DNA of 64,000 bases. It comes from Octopus vulgaris. Lineage: Eukaryota. The DNA is taken from the NCBI GenBank assembly GCA_951406725.2, contig OX597818.1:128588001-128652000 (forward strand). The letters are read 5' to 3'. Below, one piece after another: positions 63,505 through 64,000 of the stretch. The position numbers and the translations under genes were made by a program. The notes beneath the pieces are model-generated. The model searched no databases. It saw nothing but the letters and a program-made list of their open reading frames with translations, and was not told where the DNA came from. Numbering within the stretch: position 1 is the first letter of the stretch; every line of letters starts with the position of its first letter.

Positions 63505-63735
63505 AAGGCGGCAAGCTGGCAGAAATGTTACCACGCCAGGCAAAATGCGTAGCCGTATTTCGTCTGCCCTTACGTTCTCAGTTCAAATTCCGCCGAGGTC
63601 GACTTTGCTTTTCATCCTTTCGGGGTCGATTAAATAAGTACCAGTTACGCACTGGAGTCGATATAATCGACTTAGTCCGTTTGTCTGTCCTTGTTTGTCC
63701 TCTCTGTGTTTAGCCCCTTGTGGGTAGTAAAGAAA
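63505..63735 (+). mobile_element. tRNA-derived SINE with Meta-like domain
   Basis: Matches 44771-45001. CpGs retained. Confidence 0.8.
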
Positions 63736-63987
63736 TATGTTCTTTTGTTGACTTGTTACTGAGTATTCACCCGGAAATAAATTCAGGCAGCCTGCAAGCC
63801 TTAGTATCATTCTACCATTATGCCACTGCTTATAATGCGTAGAATCTTAAAGTTTGCTTTTCGGTTTGTAGTAATATACAAACAGCTTTGTTCTGGTTTG
63901 TATGTGTGAATGAATGAATGAATGAAATTGCCACAAGGCCTTTGCATGTGTAACAAATGTTGTTATTCCTTTTTACTACTCCTGCAG

Positions 63988-64000
63988 CCAGCTGCACAAA
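63988..64000 (+). other. Possible start of the next CCAR1 exon (acceptor after 63987 or 63991), truncated by the window end
   Basis: Polypyrimidine tract TTATTCCTTTTTACTACTCCTGCAG|CCAG|CTGCACAAA. A phase-1 join at the second AG gives A-A-Q. Confidence 0.35.

Overview
This is AT-rich, CpG-depleted eukaryotic DNA, mostly intronic. The repeat content (tRNA-derived CORE-like and Meta-like SINEs, RTE LINE 3' ends, TTAA MITEs, dense (TA)n/(CA)n) points to an octopus genome, which is an inference. Almost all ORF-track entries are spurious translations of repeats. The window appears to cover the 5' end of a + strand CCAR1-like gene. It has a CpG-rich, DRE-containing edge at 1-170, two candidate micro-exons (15434-15466 and 44530-44560), a first conserved coding exon (58708-58784, MMSRFGIGTTKNPPWARQAPA) and probably the next acceptor at the window end. 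The most notable hidden signal is a set of minimal type I hammerhead ribozyme motifs (8 copies in at least 4 unrelated ORF-less repeat families), each family with a different palindromic stem III. They sit in inverted or tandem Penelope/retrozyme-like layouts, often within (TA)n tracts, and one family joins a tRNA-like Pol III head to the hammerhead. Also present are a decayed full-length DD36E (Incomer-type) Tc1 transposon, two non-autonomous Helitrons, hAT-, Merlin-, piggyBac- and mariner-type MITEs with TSDs, and a tRNA-Gly pseudogene. All calls were made by eye; no searches or folding programs were run.
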